Shown in pieces: positions 1 through 13,066 of a stretch of 64,000 bases of DNA; position 1 is the first letter of the stretch; every line of letters begins with the position of its first letter. The stretch is from Rhizaria sp. SCN 62-66 (lineage: Eukaryota), in NCBI GenBank assembly GCA_001724265.1, contig MEDY01000038.1, positions 1 through 64,000 of the forward strand. Reading direction: 5' to 3'. The notes beneath the pieces are model-generated. The model was not told where the DNA came from and did not search any database. It saw only the letters and a program-made list of their open reading frames with translations. Both the position numbers and the translations under genes were made by a program.

Positions 1-415
1 CTTGGTGGGGAAACGCGCGGTGGCGCAACCACGGCGCTTACCGTAGCCGGTGTGGCGGCCCTTGGCCTTGGCCTCAGCGCGGCGGTTCACGCGGAAGCGG
101 GAGTGCACGACGTTGGGCTTGCGGACAATGTAGCCGTCCTTGACAAGCTTGCGGATGCCCTTGCCTGGAAGCGAAAAAGAGCGAGGGAGATACAGAAGAA
201 AATACGTGAGCGAGGATCAAAGAAGGCGAACGATGGTTCGATGAGTGGCCGATGCGAGCACAGCAGAGAACAGCAAGAGTGGCGAAGGGGTGAGACGTAC
301 GGGAAGTGCCGTTCTTGCCGATGACGGTGGCCTCGTTGGGGTCAAGCCAGACCTTGCCCTTGCCACAGGACATGACGGACGCCGCGAGGCGCTTCTGAAG
401 CTTCAGGCTCACCAT
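1..415 (-). CDS. RPL19: 60S ribosomal protein L19 (eL19); exons 415-301 and 164-<1, truncated by window edge
   Basis: Spliced translation [28 protein letters not shown]...[19 protein letters not shown]...[21 protein letters not shown] intron 300-165. Confidence 0.97.
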
Positions 416-1297
416 GTTAGCTCTACACAGGGGATGGGGAAAGACGGGCAGCGGGGGACAGGGTGGGGTGAGAAGAGGTCTTCAGGAAGGAGCTTCGCAG
501 CGAGACAATAACGACGCCGCACAAGAAAAGCTATATGAATTCGAATAGATGACGTCAGGTAGGCTTCAAAAATTGACTAAACAGACACATTTTCCCAGAA
601 AGTGTCGAGAACGCAGCGTTTGAATGAGCCACGCAGGTGGTGGTGGGGGCATTTCGGCTCGGCTACCTCGTCTGTCGTGGTTTGAGGCATACGTGATTTG
701 CCACACCAAAACAAAGAACTAGATGATAGAAAATATTCCCCTACACGCATAAATCACGTCAGCAAACCAAATTAGCTATCTCGTAGCGCAGAAAAGGCCC
801 GCCCAAACTTCGCACTTGCCGCCGCTCGCCAGCCCAGTCAGTCCAAGTGACCGTGAGCAAGTAGCCAGCTGTCCCTAGGACCGCTGGGCTGCGTGGAATA
901 AACATTGAGGATTGGACTTTTGTGCTTTACATTAAGAAGTCTTGCTGTATTTGTCGTTTTGCTGTAATTTATGAGAGACGGAAAAACTAAGACTATGAAA
1001 ATGAATTGTATTACGTCACAAACAACGTCGTTAAATACTAAAACACCGCGCCATTACGGGCGCAGTTCCACACACATGCACGAAGAGATTTAAGAAGAGA
1101 AAATAGTTGTTTAAAAGAGATCGAGAGAGATATTATTTTGATAACAAGACAAAAAAGAGGAGCACTTATGTACATGTAGACTTCTTTTATAAGTCATACA
1201 CATTGTTGTTACTTTGAGCTTCCTTCTTTGTTTTCAGTCTTCGTTGTCACCTGCTGCTACGACTTCCCCGTTAACTTATGTCAGAACAACAAACACT

Positions 1298-2788
1298 TTA
1301 CTTCTTCTTGGGGGCAGCGGCGGGGGCCGCCTTGCCGCCCTTACCGCCCGCAGCAGCAGCACCCGCGCCAGCCTTCTTGCCGAGGGTCTCGGCGACGACG
1401 CCGGCACCGACGGTGCGGCCACCCTCGCGGATGATGAAGTTGAGACCCTTCTCCATGACGAGGTCCTCGATGAGCTCGATCTCGAACGTCGCGTTGTCGC
1501 CGGGCATGACCATTTCGCGGCCCGCGGGCAGCGTGACGGTGCCCGTGATGTCGGCCGTGCGGAAGAAGAACTGCGGACGGTAGTTGGACACGAAGGGCGT
1601 GCGGCGGCCACCCTCAGCGTCGGTGAGGATATACACCTCGGCGTTGAAGCGCGACCAGCACTCGAGCGAGCCGGGCTTGGCAATGATCTGGCCACGGAAG
1701 ATGTCCTCGCGCTTGAGCGAGCGCAGCAGCAGACCAACGTTGTCGCCGGCCTGGCCGTTGTCGAGCTGCTGCTTGAACATCTCCACGCCGGTGCACGTGG
1801 TCTTCTGGGGCGCGACGAGGCCGAGGACCTCGAGCTCATCACCGATCTTCACGCGGCCACGCTCGATGCGGCCGGTCGCGACAGTGCCGCGGCCGGCGAT
1901 GGAGAAGACGTTCTCGATGGGCATGTAGAAGTCGCCGTCAATCTGGCGCGGCGGGTCGGGGATGTAGTTGTCGACGGCGTCCATGAGCTTCTTGATGGCC
2001 TCGACACCGAGCTCGGGCTGTTTGTCCTCGAGCGCACACAGGGCGGAGCCGCGGATGAAGGGCATGTCGTCGGCGGGGAACTTGTACATGGTGAGCAGGT
2101 CCTTGACCTCCATCTCAGCGACCTCAGCGAGCTCCATGTCGTCGATCATGTCGCACTTGTTGAGGAACACGACCATGGCGGGGACGCCGATCTGGTGCGC
2201 GAGCAGGATGTGCTCGCGGGTCTGGGGCATCGGGCCGTCGGCGGCGGAAACGACGAGGATGGCACCCTCCATCTGCGCGGCACCGGTAATCATGTTCTTG
2301 ACGTAATCGGCGTGGCCGGGGCTAGAGACAGAGAAGAGACAGGCAGCAACAGGAACAGAGAGAATGTGAGAGACTGGACACGATGATGCGCACTATAGAG
2401 CGCAAAAACAAAAGATAAAGCGAGATATCGTCGGATTTCGTCAGCCTAGCGATGTAATAATGTTTGCGTACCAGTCGACGTGACCGTAGTGGCGCTTAGC
2501 GGTCTCGTACTCGACGTGGGACGAGTTGATGGTGATACCACGGGCCTTCTCCTCGGGCGCGGCGTCAATGGAAGAGTAGTCGCGGAACTTAGCGCCGCCG
2601 GCCATGGCGAGCACCTTGGTGATGGCGGCGGTGAGCGAGGTCTTGCCGTGGTCGACGTGGCCGATGGTGCCGATGTTCATGTGCACCTTGGAGCGGTCGA
2701 TCGACATGAAGCGCTGCGAGGCAGACTGCACCTGCGCGCCCGTGCGCGCGGTGAGCTTGGTAAGACCGGACTGAAGACGGAGAGCCAT
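1298..2788 (-). CDS. TUFM: Mitochondrial elongation factor Tu; exons 2788-2472 and 2321-1298; TAA stop
   Basis: [33 protein letters not shown] and NKCD motifs; N-terminal basic presequence-like leader; GTACGC..TAG intron. Confidence 0.97.
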
Positions 2789-3117
2789 CTAAGCAACGCA
2801 AGCGTGGGGAACGCGAAAAAGAGACAGTCAACAAAACAGGAATGAGAGAGAGAATAGCAGACAGCGAGAATGCGGCGTGAACAAGAACAAGGACAGGCGC
2901 AGCGCCCGCTTTGGCATCTGCCACCGCGCACCACAAAGTCCTCCAGAAGCAACAATAAAACATATGAGCACCCACTGAAGCATTTTATCATTATGTTATT
3001 TTCAATGCAGCGAACGAGCGCCCCGCGATCCCCTACGACCCCGTCTTTGGCAGTCCGGTGTGTGTGCTGGGGCCCGGCTCGACCGGCTTAACTTTTGGGC
3101 TCGAAGCTTCACCAACT

Positions 3118-3148
3118 GACCGACCGACCGACCGACCGACCGACCGAC
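3118..3148. repeat. (GACC)n/(CCGA)n tetranucleotide tandem repeat in the divergent intergenic region between EF-Tu and mucolipin
   Basis: gaccgaccgaccgaccgaccgaccgaccgac read directly. Confidence 0.9.
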
Positions 3149-3650
3149 AACTCGCTAGCCACAGTCTTCTGGCTCAGTCGGTCGGGTCGAAGCGGCCGAA
3201 CTTCGAGATTGTGTATCTCCGCAGCTGTTCGTTATTAGCATTTCATACTGGGTGTACCTGTTGTCATTTTGGCATTAGTATACATTCTTATTATTTATTG
3301 CGCTGCAGGATCTTTCCTGGGTTTGCTTCAGGTGGAGTCTGAGGACATGCTCAGTCTCAGCATCAAGTCGTAGCTCCGCCCCCTTCTCCTCCTCTAGCTC
3401 TAGCCTCCTGTTCCTGCATCTGTCACTTATTTTTTATGCATCAGCTCAAAGATCCATTTGCTCAATCTTGTCTGCCCCTGCTATTACTCCCCCAGCCGCT
3501 TCCCCGGCCTACGAATCCCCGCTCCCCCGCGGCCCCCACGTCGTCGTCTTCTACGTCTGGCCATCAGGCCCCGCCTGTCCTGCTAACTCACTCCCTCGTC
3601 GTCGCTTCGTCGCGCTCCCACACTCGCGCCGCCGCCGCCGCCCCTCGGCG

Positions 3651-6600
3651 ATGTCGCACTACTCGCTGCTGCGCGATGACACGGCAGCCGACAGCAACAA
3701 TCACACCGCCGGCTCCAACACTGCTGGTGGTGCTGACTCCGGTGCGCACCCGTCGTTCTCGTTCGGATACAACAATGCCGGCGCGAGCAACGTGAACGGC
3801 AACAACAACAGCGGCGGGTACGCACCGCCGACCGCGCCCGGCCTGGCCTCTGGTGCTGCCTCTGCCTCTGGCGCGGGCGCGGGCGCGGGACCGATGTCTT
3901 CGAGCCCTTCCGCGGGGCCGGCGACCGCGTCCGCCTTCACATTCACCCCTAAAGCCGCCAAGAGCAGCCAGGGCGCCGCCAACGCGGCTCTCGCCGGCGG
4001 TAGCTTTCCCGTCTTTTCGGCCACGTCTGGCCCCGCGCCCGACGCCGTCAGTGGCGCTGGCGCTGGCGCTGGAGCTGGAGCTCACGCAGGAGGCTCGTTC
4101 CCGCGCGCCACGCCCTCCGGGCTCCAGGGCAGCGCCCTGCAGGGCAGCGGGCTCCAGCGGAGCGGCTCGCAGTCGTCTTCGTCGGCGCAGGTACAACAGC
4201 GCCCGCGCGGGTACTCGTACTCGCACATCCCTGGCGCGCTCCCCGCCTCCGTCTCGGGCTCGGCGTCCGTCTCCGGCGCCATGGCGGGGGGCTCGGTGCC
4301 GCCGGCGCGCAGCCAGGGCGCGTGCGGGGCCTGGCTCACCGACTGCTGGCAGCGCTACAACCGGCACATGACACCCCGCGAGTACCTGCGCCTCAACGCG
4401 TGGCAGAAGTGGCAGCTCTTCCGGCGCCCGCCGTGGAAGTTCATCCTCAACCTGCTCATCGTCGTGTGCACCACGATGCAGGTCGTGCTGCTTAACACCT
4501 ACTTCGCGCCCTTCTCGCGCGCCAACGCCGCCACGTGGGCCTTCCTCATGACGCCGCGCCTCAACCCCAGCGGCGACACCATGGGCGCCAGCACTTCGTA
4601 CAACCTCTACCAGGTGAGTCTAAACAAAGATGAGGATATACATCGCAACGATCGACACTCTGTGGAAATATAAGGATATATTTATGTTTAAATGTGATAT
4701 TTTATATCAAATCACTATTTTATTTTTTAAATATATCTTATGTCACTTCATTATATACCATTGCATTCTTTCTCTTGTTCAGGTGCCCGAGCTGGTCGAC
4801 AGCGTGCAGCAGGCGCTCGACGTGTACTACGACCTGCAGTCCAACACGGTCGACTACTTCGAGTACTTTTTCCAGAACGACGACCCGACGCGCCCACTCC
4901 CGGTCTCGCTCTCGGTGGACTCGTACAAGCAGGGCCCCGGCATCTTCGACCTCTCGCTGCCGTTCGACAACACACTCGTGACGCGCGAGTACGAGCTCCA
5001 GTCGACCGCGGACCTGGGTCCCTTCTCCCCGGACCGTCCAGACCTCCGTGACGGCAACTCGGTTAACACCTACATCCACTACCTCTACGCCATGCGGCTG
5101 AACTTCCGCGTGCGCAACTACGAGCTGTCGGACTCTGTGCGCATCTGCTACCGCTGGGCCGTGCAGCTCGCGTACGACTTCTCCGTGCGCGGCCGCATCG
5201 TGATGGACGTGTCCACTGACACGCAGCTGTGCCCCGAGGAGCGCCGGTCGTCGTGGTACTCCCGCGCCATCCCCACCGAGGTCTTCCTCAACATCGCGCT
5301 CGTGTTCCTGGCCGCCATCTCGCAGGCGCTGCACCTCAAGGCTACCTACCGCTCCATGGTCATCTTCCAAGAGGCCCGTCTGGCCTCGCGGCCCGCGCAA
5401 GAGGCCGCCGCTGCCGCTGCGGCGGCCGCGGAGGCCGCAGCGCAGGCCAAGCGCGACAAGCGCGAGGCGCAGCGGCAGCGCGCGCGGGAGCGGCGGCGCG
5501 CGCGTGTGCAGCAGCAGCAACAGCAGCAGCAGCAGCTGCGGCTTATGCGGCAGCAGCAGCAGCTCGCCGCGGGCGGCGCGGGCGGCGACTTTAGCCTCAA
5601 CAATAACGCCGGCGCCGACGGCTCGGCGGCAGGCTTGGTGGCTGACGGCTCCAGTGCGATTTCGTACCAGAATGAGGCCGAGGCTAACGCGCACAACGAG
5701 ACGCTGATTGGCGGCAACAACAACGCTGCGTCGTCGTCGTTCTCTCTGCAGCAGCAGCAACAGCAGCAGGACTCCGAGAGCAACCTGGCGGGTTACAACA
5801 CGACCAACGGCTACATCAACATGAGCAACATTGCCAACGACGGCGATGTCAACACCACCGGCGGCGACATGATTGGCAACAACAACATCAACGGCGCCGA
5901 CTTCGGCTACGGCTACGGCGGCAACGGCAGCGTCGGCTACTTCAACGACGGCGACGGCGCCGATGCTGACAACGAGTACAGCCATGTGCGCCACCTGCAT
6001 AACGGCATGCACGGGCTCGGCGACGACAACGAAGAGGAGGACGAGGACGAGGACGCCGACGCCGAGGCCGACGCCGAGGCCGAGGCCGCCGCCGCGGCCG
6101 CCGCGGCCGCCGCCGAGACGAGCGCGCGCGGACTGACGGCGTGGGGTGACTTGTCCCTGCGCGACAAGCTGCGCTTCTTCAACATGTGGTTCGTGCTGGC
6201 AACGATCGGCAACGTGTGCAACCTGGTGGGCCCACTGCTGGCGCTGCAGACGCAGGTCACGCTGCACTCGGACCGCACGCGGCTCTACTTTCTCGGCCTG
6301 GGCTGCATGATGGCCTGGGTCAATGTCGTGCAGTACTTCGAAGGCGCGGCGAGCTACTATGTGCTCATCACGACGCTGCGCAAGGGCATGCCGCGCGTCG
6401 CGCGCTTCCTCATCGGCGTGCTGCCCGTCTTCCTGGGCTACGCCATGTTCGGCGTCGCCTTCTTCTCCACGGCCTCGGACAACTTCGCCACCGTCGACGC
6501 CGCCTGCGTTACTCTCTTCTCGCTGCTCAACGGTGACGTCGTCCACGACATCTTCGACGACCTGTACGTTGACTTCATTCTATAGCTGCTTCAATTCGCA

Positions 6601-8427
6601 ATGTTCAATGTTAAATATGTTTATTTTAACGTGTATCTTTTCATCTAGAGTTTTATTTCAATCATTTTCATCTTTATGCGATATGATCTTATACTGTGTG
6701 TTTTTCCCTATCTTCGTTTTCTCGCCCTTGCTGCGCTTCGTTAGGTACCCTGCGCATCCGTTCGTGTCGCGCGTGTACCTGTACACGTTCATCTGCCTAT
6801 TCATCTACGCCGTGCTCAACATCTTCGTCGCTATCGTCGAGGACGCCTTCTTTGCCTCCAAGGCCTTCCAGCTCCACGGCCAGCCCGAGCTCGAGGACAA
6901 GGAGCGCGCCGACCAGGTCCGTGGCAGAACAAGATTGATGCTATTTTGCCCTTAAGCATCAACGCTGTATTTTCGTGCTGCATACCGAGGATTATTTTGT
7001 TAACATTTGGTTTAATTTCATTGAACTCACATCTTGTTCTCTCTATCTCGCCTTCATATTTTTGTTCGATCACACACACACAGGTTGACCCGTTGCTGCT
7101 ACTCGAGTTCGAGGGCATGTTCGGCGACGGCGCGGCGTCCGAGAGCTCCGACGACGGACACGAGGGGCACGGCGGCGGCGGCGACGGCGACGCGGATGGC
7201 AGAGCTTCGCAGCACCACGGCCACAGCCACCACAGCGGCCGCCATGGCCATGGCAAAAGCGACACCAGCTCCAGCTCCAGCTCCAGCAGCTCCAGCAGCT
7301 CCAGCAGCTCTAGCTCGAGCTCTAGCTCTAGCTCCAGCTCCAGCTCGTCCTCGTCTTCATCGTCGTCCTCGTCGTCCTCCGACGACTCCGACTCCAGCTC
7401 TTCGTCCTCTTCAAGCTCGCGTTCACGCGGCAGCGCCGAGTCCGCGCACAAGTCGTCGCGCCGCCGCGCCCGCCGCGCGCGCCGCCACCGCCGCTCCGCG
7501 CGCAAGGCGGCCCGCCGTGCCTCGCTGTCCGCCTCTGAGGCCGCCACCGAGGCTGCCGAGGCCGCGGCCGCCGCCGCTGCCATCTCGCTGCCCGGGTCGC
7601 TCGTGGACGGCAGCAACAGCAACGTCGTCGCGCAGGCCGCCGCCGCCGCCGCTGCTGCCGCCGCCGCTGCCGCTGCCGCTGCCCCTGCTGCTGCTGCCGC
7701 TGCTGCTCCCACCGCGATTGCGCCTGCCTTCGCTCCCGCCCCCGCTCCCGCTCCCGTGCCTGCGCCTGCGCCTGTGCCCGTTGCCCCTGCCTCAGCCTCT
7801 GGCTTTGTCCCTATCTCCAGCTCCAGCGCAGTCGCCGCCCCTGTCGCCGCCCCCGTTTCTGCCCCCCTTGCTGCCCCCGCGTCTAGCGCCGCCGCCCCCG
7901 CCGCCGCCACTGCCGGCGGCGCCGTGTCCGGATCCGGCGACTTCCTCTCGGTGCTGGCTCAAACGCAGGCGTCGCTCAACTCGGACTTCTCCGCACGCTT
8001 CGCGTCGATCCTCTCGGCGCCCAGCGCGCAGGCGCTGGCCACGCGGCCGCCGCACGACCCCATCTTCTTCCCCTGCGGCTTCGCCGACTGCGTGTACTGC
8101 ACCGTGCGTTTGGCCGCCGCTAAGACCATGGCCGAGGCTGAGCGCAAGCTCCAGGCCGCCTTCATGGTTAACCAGCAGCAGCAACAGCAGCAACAGCAAC
8201 AGCAGCAGCAGAGTCAGGAGGCCGGTGCTGCTTCGAGTGCCAGCGCTGAGGTGCCCGCATCTGCGTCTGCTGCGCCCGAGGCTCCTGCTACGGCTGCTGC
8301 TGCTGCTGCTGCCGCGCCTGCGCCGACCCCGTCGGCGACCGACAGCGACGACGCTCCCACTGCTGCTGCCGCCGCCGCTGCCGAAAAGAAGCGTAGCAAG
8401 GGCAAGGACGCGAAAGAGCCGCGTTGA
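3651..8427 (+). CDS. MCOLN: Mucolipin/TRPML-type cation channel; exons 3651-4613, 4783-6563, 6745-6916, 7084-8427; TGA stop
   Basis: N-terminal 'LNAWQKWQLFRRPPWKF', pore 'LFSLLNGDV', S6 'SRVYLYTFICLFIYAVLNIFVAIVEDAF'; GT..AG introns preserve frame; long Gln/Ala/Ser/Asn tracts. Confidence 0.9.
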
Positions 8428-8936
8428 GAGTCGTGAGAAGGCTGCAACTGTAAGACTAAACCGTGTGATTTGAACATGTTTTTTTTTTTCTTTTGGGTTA
8501 TCACTTCAGTACATTTGATATCGTAATTAGTCCTTTGTTTTTCTGTTTTGCTCCAGTGTATGCGATCTAAGTAAAAACTGTCCAAGTTGCCTGTGTTCGC
8601 ATCCGTTGCCGCTATTGAGTTTGTTTATTTGAATCATGCGTCACACTGGAAGTTGTAAGTGTGTTAAGACTTTCGTTGTCAAGGGTTGTGGGGGGCACTG
8701 CTTGCGTCGTGTGAGTGTTGAAGTGCTTCTCAAGATCGCCTAAACAACAACAACCTAGGCCGTCATACACATTCTTTCTTTGATTTATCTGCGAACCTCG
8801 CAACATTATCGTCGTGAAGTGTGTTTTAGTCTTAGTTATGTTTGAAAAAGAGTGTATTTTGTATTTCCCACAGATCAAGACAGAGAGATTGTAATAAGTT
8901 AATCTCCCGCCGTAGATAGAAGCAGCGGTTCATTCG

Positions 8937-8962
8937 TTTGTTTGTTTGTTTGTTTGTTTGTT
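8937..8962. repeat. (TTTG)n microsatellite
   Basis: Read directly between the convergent mucolipin and mL43 genes. Confidence 0.85.
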
Positions 8963-9344
8963 ACGGCAGCCCGTCGCATGGAGGGCCAGCTGGCCCTGCG
9001 CGCGGGCCGCGTCATTAGCAAGACGCATTAGCATTATTAAGTGTTGGGCGTGCAGCGCAGAGCCACCGTTGCGCTTCATCTGAGGACAAGACTTCAACCA
9101 GTCTCTAGCCGTTACGCTTTCCACCACTCATAGAGCTACTGCGACGCACAGCGCGGGCGACATAAATTAGCCATTGTTGCAACTAACAGCATGAACGAAG
9201 AAGTGCGGACGCGCGGCTCAGGACAGCAGCGCCACAGTGCGCGATACGCTCACAGGCACACACGCACGCGCACGGAGACGCCACAACACAACGCAGCCAC
9301 TCAGTCAGCCAGCTTCTCTCAGTCATCTAGCGCAGTCGGGCACT

Positions 9345-9985
9345 TCACTTGGCAGCCTTGGTGGGGGCAGCCGCGGCGGCGGGGGCAGCAGCGGCGGCAA
9401 CAAAGCGGGCCGAGAGCAGGGGGTAGACCTCGGTCATCTCGGGAGACCACTCGCCCTGAATTGCGGAGTTAGCAAAAGCAGAGAGAAAAGAGCGAGAAGA
9501 TCATATAGAGGGTATATGTGAGAGAACAGGCAAATAAAGTATGTAACACATAAGTAAGGATGCAGACAACATTATAAATGAACAAGAGAGCCGTCAAGGG
9601 CGATCTTCGCGGACTAGAGCGCGCTTGAGCGAAGTGTAGAGCGTAAACGCACCTGGAAGCTGGGCTTCTGGGAGAGCGCGTTGGCCCAGCGGACCTTGGC
9701 GAGCTCGTTGCCCTTGCGCTGGCGCAGCGTCTCGCAGAAGTGGAGGACCTCCTTGGGGGACTTGTTGCGGAGGCTGATGGTCTGCTTGCGGCCGTTGTTG
9801 AAGAAGCCGATGAGCTTGGGGTGGGAGCCCAGGTCGGTGGAGTTGACCACGTCGATCTTGAGGTGGTTGTGCTGCTGCGCGTACTTGAACAGGTCGGACT
9901 TGATGAAGGAGCGCACGCCCGTGGACGCGCCGCCGGGGTTCATCACCACGCGCAGCTTCTGAAGGCACCAGATACCGTTTTGCAT
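9345..9985 (-). CDS. MRPL43: Mitochondrial ribosomal protein mL43 (L51/S25/CI-B8 domain); exons 9985-9653 and 9455-9345; TGA stop
   Basis: MQNGIWCLQKL...GGASTGVRSFI...HPKLIGFFNNG...PSFQ/GEWSP matches the mL43 pattern; GTGCGT..CAG intron. Confidence 0.85.
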
Positions 9986-10515
9986 CTACATAACGCGCAA
10001 GCAAGTGGGGCAAGAACAACGAACCAGTGAGGCCACTTCAAGCACCTAACAGAACAGGTAGTTCGACACGACAATGCATGGAATAACAAAGATAAAATAT
10101 CCACAACACATAATATACCAGCACCCAATCAAATTGCTATTTGACGAACACTGACGCTCGCTACAAACCCTTTTAGATCACCCCAGTCAGGTGCGCCCGC
10201 GGCTTGACTTTCCCTGACTGGACCGCCTGCCAACCGAGTGAGCACCACGAACCAACCGACCCACCGACTGTGGGCGCCCAACCGGCTGTGGTTGGAGGGT
10301 TCGTGAGCTTGTGTTCATGCAGACGGAATACTGCGAGGCTTCCGCCAATAGATTTTTTTAACCTTACCAAGGAAGTGTCTTTGCTAAGCCTACTTGGTAT
10401 TTTTGTTATTTCTGCGAGAACGAAATAACCAAGTTTGCAACTGCTCCTAAGTCAAACTCGTACACTCTTCTTCTTGAAGACCGCTTGCTCAACAAAGGCT
10501 TAGCAGAGTGACAGA

Positions 10516-11002
10516 ATGGACGGCGACAACTCTCCCCCCGTGTTGCGAGGTGTGGTTAAGTTCACGGGCGGCAAGGTGTTCCGCAACGGCAGCTTCGACG
10601 CGGACGACCTGTGGGTCGACACGGGGCTGCCGCTGGAGCCCGGGCAGCCGATGATGGCGCAGGCGACAGTGATCGACCCCAAGCCGCGCTTCTGGCAGGC
10701 CGGCCTCACCAAGGACTACGCGTCGCACCTCACCTTCGACGTCTCGGGGCTGCTCGTCGTGCCGGGCTTCATCGAGCTCCAGCTCAACGGCGCCTTCGGA
10801 GTCGACTTCAGCACGGTCCCACTCAACTAGCCGCTCTCGGCCGCCGCCGCCGCCGCGCTCGCCGCGCGCGCCGCCGCCGCGCCCGCCGCCGCGACGGCGC
10901 TGCCCGCATACAACACGTTCGACGCGGCCGCGCTCGAAGCCACGGCGGCCGCGGAGGCCGCCTCGCTGTCGCCCGAGGCGGCCGCGCAGGCGCAGGCCGA
11001 GG

Positions 11003-11034
<32 letters not shown>

Positions 11035-13017
11035 GCGGCCGACTGCCTCTTCTCGCAGGCGGCTGCCAAGCTGGACTGCGCGCGCCCGCTGGCGGCGGTG
11101 GCCGCGCAGGGCCCGCTGGAGAGCGAGTTCGCGACGAGCATCGAAGTCAAGCCGTGCTTCAAGGACGAAGACTTCGACGCCGCGGCGCCGCTCACGGTCA
11201 CCGTGCCCTGGCACCTCCGCGGCGCGCTGCGCACGCGCGCGCTCACTGGGGCTGGGGAGCTCGACGCCAGTGCAGGCAGCGATCAAGACGGCAGCAGCAG
11301 CAGCAACAGCAGCAGAAGCAGTAGCCTGCGTAGCTCCACCGGCAGCAGCTACGTCACTGGCCTCGTCCCTAGCCGCAGCGGCGACAGCGCGGCAGCGACG
11401 GCGACGAGCGTGGCCGTGGAGCACCTGCTGGCGTTCGACCCCGACCTCACGACGGTCTCGCGCAAGCTGCCGCGCTTCGGTATCACGTCCTACCTGCCCA
11501 CGGTCATCTCCTCCTTCCCGCGTGTCTACCGCGCAGTCGCCGCGCGCTTCCGCCGCTACCTTGCCGCGGTCGCGGAGCTCGAGCGCGTCGGCGATGGTGG
11601 CAGCAGCGGCAGCGGCAGCGGCGGCGTTGGCAATGGGGCGAAGCAGCCGCTGCGTCACGGCATGGCGCAGGTGCTGGGGCTACACCTCGAGGGGCCCTTC
11701 ATCTCGGTCAAGGGCGCACACGACCCCAAGGTACGTTTTCTACAGAAAACACAAAAAAGATTATCATTTCGATATATTGGCGTGTACGCGTGAAATTGTC
11801 GTCCAATATTCTATCAATAATCGAAATTATTCACTGGTTTTCGTGTCGCGTGTTTCTCACTTGACGTCCTTTGTTCCCCTTGCGCCCACTTTGGCTCGCA
11901 TAGACCCTGCACGCGCCGGGCGTGCTGCCCGCGATGGAGCTGCTGGCGACCTACGGCCGCTCGCTGCTGCCGCTAGCGCGTCTGGTGACCCTGGCCCCCG
12001 AGCTGGCGGGCTCCATCGAGGTCATCCCCCTGCTCCGCGCGGCCGGCGCCGCCGTGTCGCTGGGCCACTCCAAGACGGATCTTAAGACGGCCGTGCGCGC
12101 GCTCGACGCCGGCGCCGGGCTGGTGACGCACATGTTTAACGCCATGAGCTCGTTCCACCACCGCGACCCCGGGCTCGTGGGGTTGCTCGGCGAGGACCAC
12201 CAAGTACGCGCATATCTCGCTTGCATTACGACGTATCACGGCAATAATATCCACTTTATTAATAGTAACGGGCTTGTCATATTTTCATTCAGTTTTTCAT
12301 TTATAGAAACTCATATTGATTTATTTTTCATGATTTGTGTCCTTCTATCTGCAGGTGCCGTACTCGATCATCACCGACGGCATCCACGCGCACCCGGCCT
12401 CGGTGCGCATCGCGCACTGCGCCAACGCCGCGGGCACTGTGCTCGTCTCCGACGCCATGTGCGCCATGGGGCTCGGCGCAGGCACCTACAAGGTACGACA
12501 CCGGCCACTCTTTACCAAAGCCGCGACTCGTCACGCGCGGCAATAAGACAGTTATGACGGTATTTTTTATCTAGACTTACGAAGTCATAGTCGAATCACA
12601 ACCAATTCATTTCGTCACATTTCTCATCGGTGTCATATTCTTCTGTTTCCCCTTTCCCTTTTATTCTCTTTTATTCTCCAGCTCGGCGAGATGACGGTGA
12701 CGACGGACGACGTGCTGCACCGCGCGGTCATCGCTGGCACCGACACGCTTGCCGGCGCCATCCTCTCGCTGGACCGCTGCGTGCAGAACCTGCGCCGCTT
12801 CACACACTGCTCGCTCGAGGAGGCCGTGGCGGCGGCCACCGAGACGCCCGCCAAGGTGATCGGCGCGTTCCCGCGCAAGGGTTCGCTGGCCGTGGGCGCT
12901 GACGCAGACGTCGTGATCCTCGACCCCGTGGACCTGACTGTGCTCGCCACAGTCATCAACGGACAGGTCGTCTACGCGCGCGGGGGCGTCTTCCCGCCCG
13001 CACCCGTCCACGGCTGA
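10516..13017 (+). CDS. nagA: N-acetylglucosamine-6-phosphate deacetylase (NagA/AMDHD2); exons 10516-11730, 11904-12203, 12355-12492, 12682-13017; one in-frame TAG (10828-10830); TGA stop
   Basis: [47 protein letters not shown] and GADADVV motifs in the expected order; the frame is continuous across the TAG. Confidence 0.93.
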
Positions 13018-13041
13018 TGCCGAGGCCGGGCTGCGGCGAGA

Positions 13042-13066
13042 CGAGGCGAGGCGAGGCGAGGCGAGG
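13042..13066. repeat. (CGAGG)5 pentanucleotide repeat just after the NagA stop
   Basis: Read directly. Confidence 0.8.

Noticed and set aside
1214-2386. Long antisense or alternative-frame ORFs (e.g. 1214-2386 +, 4738-6546 -, 52061-53800 -, 29611-30447 -)
   Set aside because: These are shadow ORFs caused by high GC and strong codon bias opposite well-identified genes.
1298-2788. Bacterial tufA, contamination or horizontal transfer
   Set aside because: It has a spliceosomal intron, an N-terminal targeting-like extension and host codon usage, so it is a nuclear-encoded mitochondrial EF-Tu.
6564-6744. ORF-track TAG ends at 6585 and 9614 as true TAG stops
   Set aside because: Both lie inside introns (mucolipin intron 2, mL43 intron); the spliced genes end at TGA.
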